A stretch of 64,000 nucleotides of DNA, taken from sequence record NZ_OX291475.1. One strand, 5' to 3'. Both the position numbers and the translations under genes were made by a program. Below are positions 61,825 through 64,000 of the stretch, piece by piece. The DNA comes from a plasmid. Under the pieces are notes generated by a model, which saw only the letters and a program-made list of their open reading frames with translations, was not told where the DNA came from and did not search any database. Every line of letters begins with the position of its first letter. Positions within the stretch are counted from its first letter, which is position 1.

Positions 61825-64000
61825 TGAAAGTCACCGAACCGACTTACTTGGTGATCCCGTTTGAGCAACTTAAAGAAGCCAAGCGCCAGGCAGGCAAACT
61901 TGAAAATGGCCAGAATGCCCTTGAGTTCGATGCAGATAAAAAATTGTGGTTCGCCAGACCCGGTGCTGACCTCAGTAAGTTGTCGCAATGGCGTACCGAC
62001 ACTGCTCTGGTGATGTCTGCACAGGGCGATCCGCAACAAGAATTTGGCGACTTTATCCGCGTCCTTGGGGGAAAACTCAGCGGGCCTCCTGAAATGGATG
62101 GAAAAGCTCACCGTATCGCAATGGATGATGATAAACCCGGGAAACAGTCAGGGGTTTATGTAGGCCATAAGGATGGCTTTGCCAACGGCTGGTTCACCGA
62201 CCATCGCGCGGGAGATCACCGTAACGTTTGGTCATCAGCCTCTGTCCGGCCAGATCCTACTGTTATTGCTCACCAAAAGGCGATAGCCGCTCAGGAGCAA
62301 CATCGGCGTGAACAACGCAAGATAAAGGAACACAATCAGGTCGCACAGGCATCCGCCTCTCGTTACGCCCCCCTCAATCAGGCTGGCCATAATCATGCTT
62401 ACCTGAACAAAAAAGGAGTCAAAGCCGCAAAAGGTCTCCGCTCAGAACGAGAAAATCTGGTCATTCCGCTCAGCAATGCGGCCGGGGATATCCGTACACT
62501 GCAAACCATCGCCCCCGATGGCAGTAAACGCCTCAGTAAAGGTGGCCAAAAGGAGGGTAGTTTCTTTGTCGTCGGTGGATCATTGAAAAACGGCAATCCC
62601 ATCGTCTTTGCCGAGGGGTACGCGACTGCATCCAGTGCGGCAATGGCCCTTCAGCATCCCGTCGTCATGACAGTTGACTCCGGCAACCTGGTAAAAGTGG
62701 CGAAAGCCCTGCATGAACACTATCCCGACAGCCCTAAGCTGTTTTTGGGTGATGACGACCTGCCAAAACCTAAACGCCCTGGTAACCCAGGCAAAGAGAA
62801 AGCAGAAGAAGCCGCCAACGCCACGGGCGGCACGGTAATACTGCCAACGTTTACGCAGTCAGAACGCCAACAAGGCCTCACCGATTTTAACGATTTTCAC
62901 CAGGCCCGGGGGTTAGAAGCATTAACGCAATTCCTGGCACCAACATTTGCCGCATTGAATGTCACTCAAGTGGAGCACACCGTGGAAAATACCCCCGTCG
63001 CTGAACCGGCACAGGCACCGGTAGACGATATGCCACCTCCGTCCATACCGGAACCAACCGAACCGAAAATCAGTACCAACGACGCTAAGATGGCAGCGTC
63101 ATCCGATCCTGAGCCAGCTGTCACGGTCGCAGCATCTGCTGAACCTTCGCTGCCCGTCCAGGAGGACTATGCCGACTACAGCCATATTATTGCAGAACTG
63201 GATGAACAGGAGACCCTGGAGTATTCACCGACAGTCCCTGCCCCAGCATCCATAAAGGATGAGCAGGAAACTGATGAAGCTAAATTATTAGATAAACAGG
63301 CAAAAACTGCACCCAAAGAATTAACATCACTTACCACGGCAGCGGATCATGTCGAAGACGTTAATGAGCCTGTTTCATTTGCCCGTCGGCTAACACCCGC
63401 ACCGAATCCAGACCCCGTAAAGGAAACAACCAATACATCTCCAACTAAACCGCGGGCTTCCGACATTGAGCCCGAAGTTGACGGTATACGGATAGAAATG
63501 CCAGACGGCAAACAAACTCGCCAGGTAATCCCTCTTGATCTGGATGCATTAATGCAACAGATCACTCATGAAATTGCAGCGGATGGCCGTTCTGTAAAGT
63601 ATTTGTTCTCCGGTGAGCCGGCTTTTGTTGACCACGGTGACCGACTCACGATGGCCAATGCCACGGCGAGCCAAAACGATGCCATGATCTTGACTGCCCT
63701 GCTGGTTGCCCGTGAGCAATATCGGGGACGTATTGAATTGACCGGAAGCGATGAGTTTAAACAGCGTGCTGTGACGTTGATCGCCGAGTACAACCTCGAT
63801 GTCAAAATGAAGAACCCACAACAACAGTTGATGCTGGATGAAGCGCGCAAGGCATTAAGCAATGAACCCGCACCGGGAGACACCCCAACGCCGGTCGGAA
63901 CGCCTGCGGCGGCGATTGTGCCAGAACGAGAGTCAACATCACCTTCTGTTGCCCTCTCAGAAAAAAACAGTCTCCCGCCGGAACTGAGACCGACGGTATT
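61825..64000 (+). CDS. Conjugative DNA primase (TOPRIM domain), 5' partial. Open to the window end.
   Basis: The frame starting at the ATG at 61825 shows no stop before the window end. Contains TOPRIM motifs ..VFAEGYATASS.. and ..LFLGDDDLP.. Not in the ORF track because no stop lies in the window. Confidence 0.6.

Overview
This window looks like a segment of a large Enterobacteriaceae (Klebsiella-like) multi-replicon conjugative plasmid. Reading left to right it contains the following.

(1) A region that looks like a plasmid leading/maintenance region. It holds GC-rich roughly 90-bp repeats, an orphan N6-adenine DNA methyltransferase, a type II ParM/ParR/parC partition locus, a type Ib ParA plus ribbon-helix-helix (ParG-like) partition locus flanked by AT-rich TTTAATATTAAA-type site repeats, and XRE regulators.

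(2) An accessory/defence island. It holds a tyrosine recombinase operon with a HEPN-motif protein, and a large PHP-domain plus SMC-like ABC-ATPase protein (Ppl-like single-gene defence architecture) followed by two small unknown genes. Three tandem minus-strand genes each carry an RNxxxH (HEPN-type) motif; one is Abi_2/AbiD-like.

(3) An SOS module: SRAP/YedK-like gene, LexA box, umuD, umuC. umuC is split by an 18.5-kb Tn3-family transposon, with a 5-bp direct repeat ATGCT. The transposon carries a frmR-frmA-VOC-frmB formaldehyde-detoxification operon, tnpR/res, and a tnpA that is itself interrupted by a nested 8.9-kb Tn21-subfamily transposon (direct repeat CAGTA; cargo hepT/mntA, cupin). Both 38-bp IRs of both transposons are interrupted at the same position (22|16) by IS110-family elements: IS5075-like in the inner element, and a second 1381-bp IS in the outer element.

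(4) A Rep_3 (RepFIB-like) iteron replicon and an IncFII-type repA1 replicon.

(5) An IncI-like transfer region: NusG/RfaH-like (TraB-like) regulator, a thin-pilus pilL-pilV type IVb pilus operon, an AT-rich acyltransferase-3 gene where a shufflon would be expected, DotD/DotC/DotB-like traH/I/J/K genes, and the 5' part of a TOPRIM primase gene.

No rRNA, tRNA or CRISPR array was recognised. Assignments are based on conserved motifs and remembered family sequences, not on database searches.
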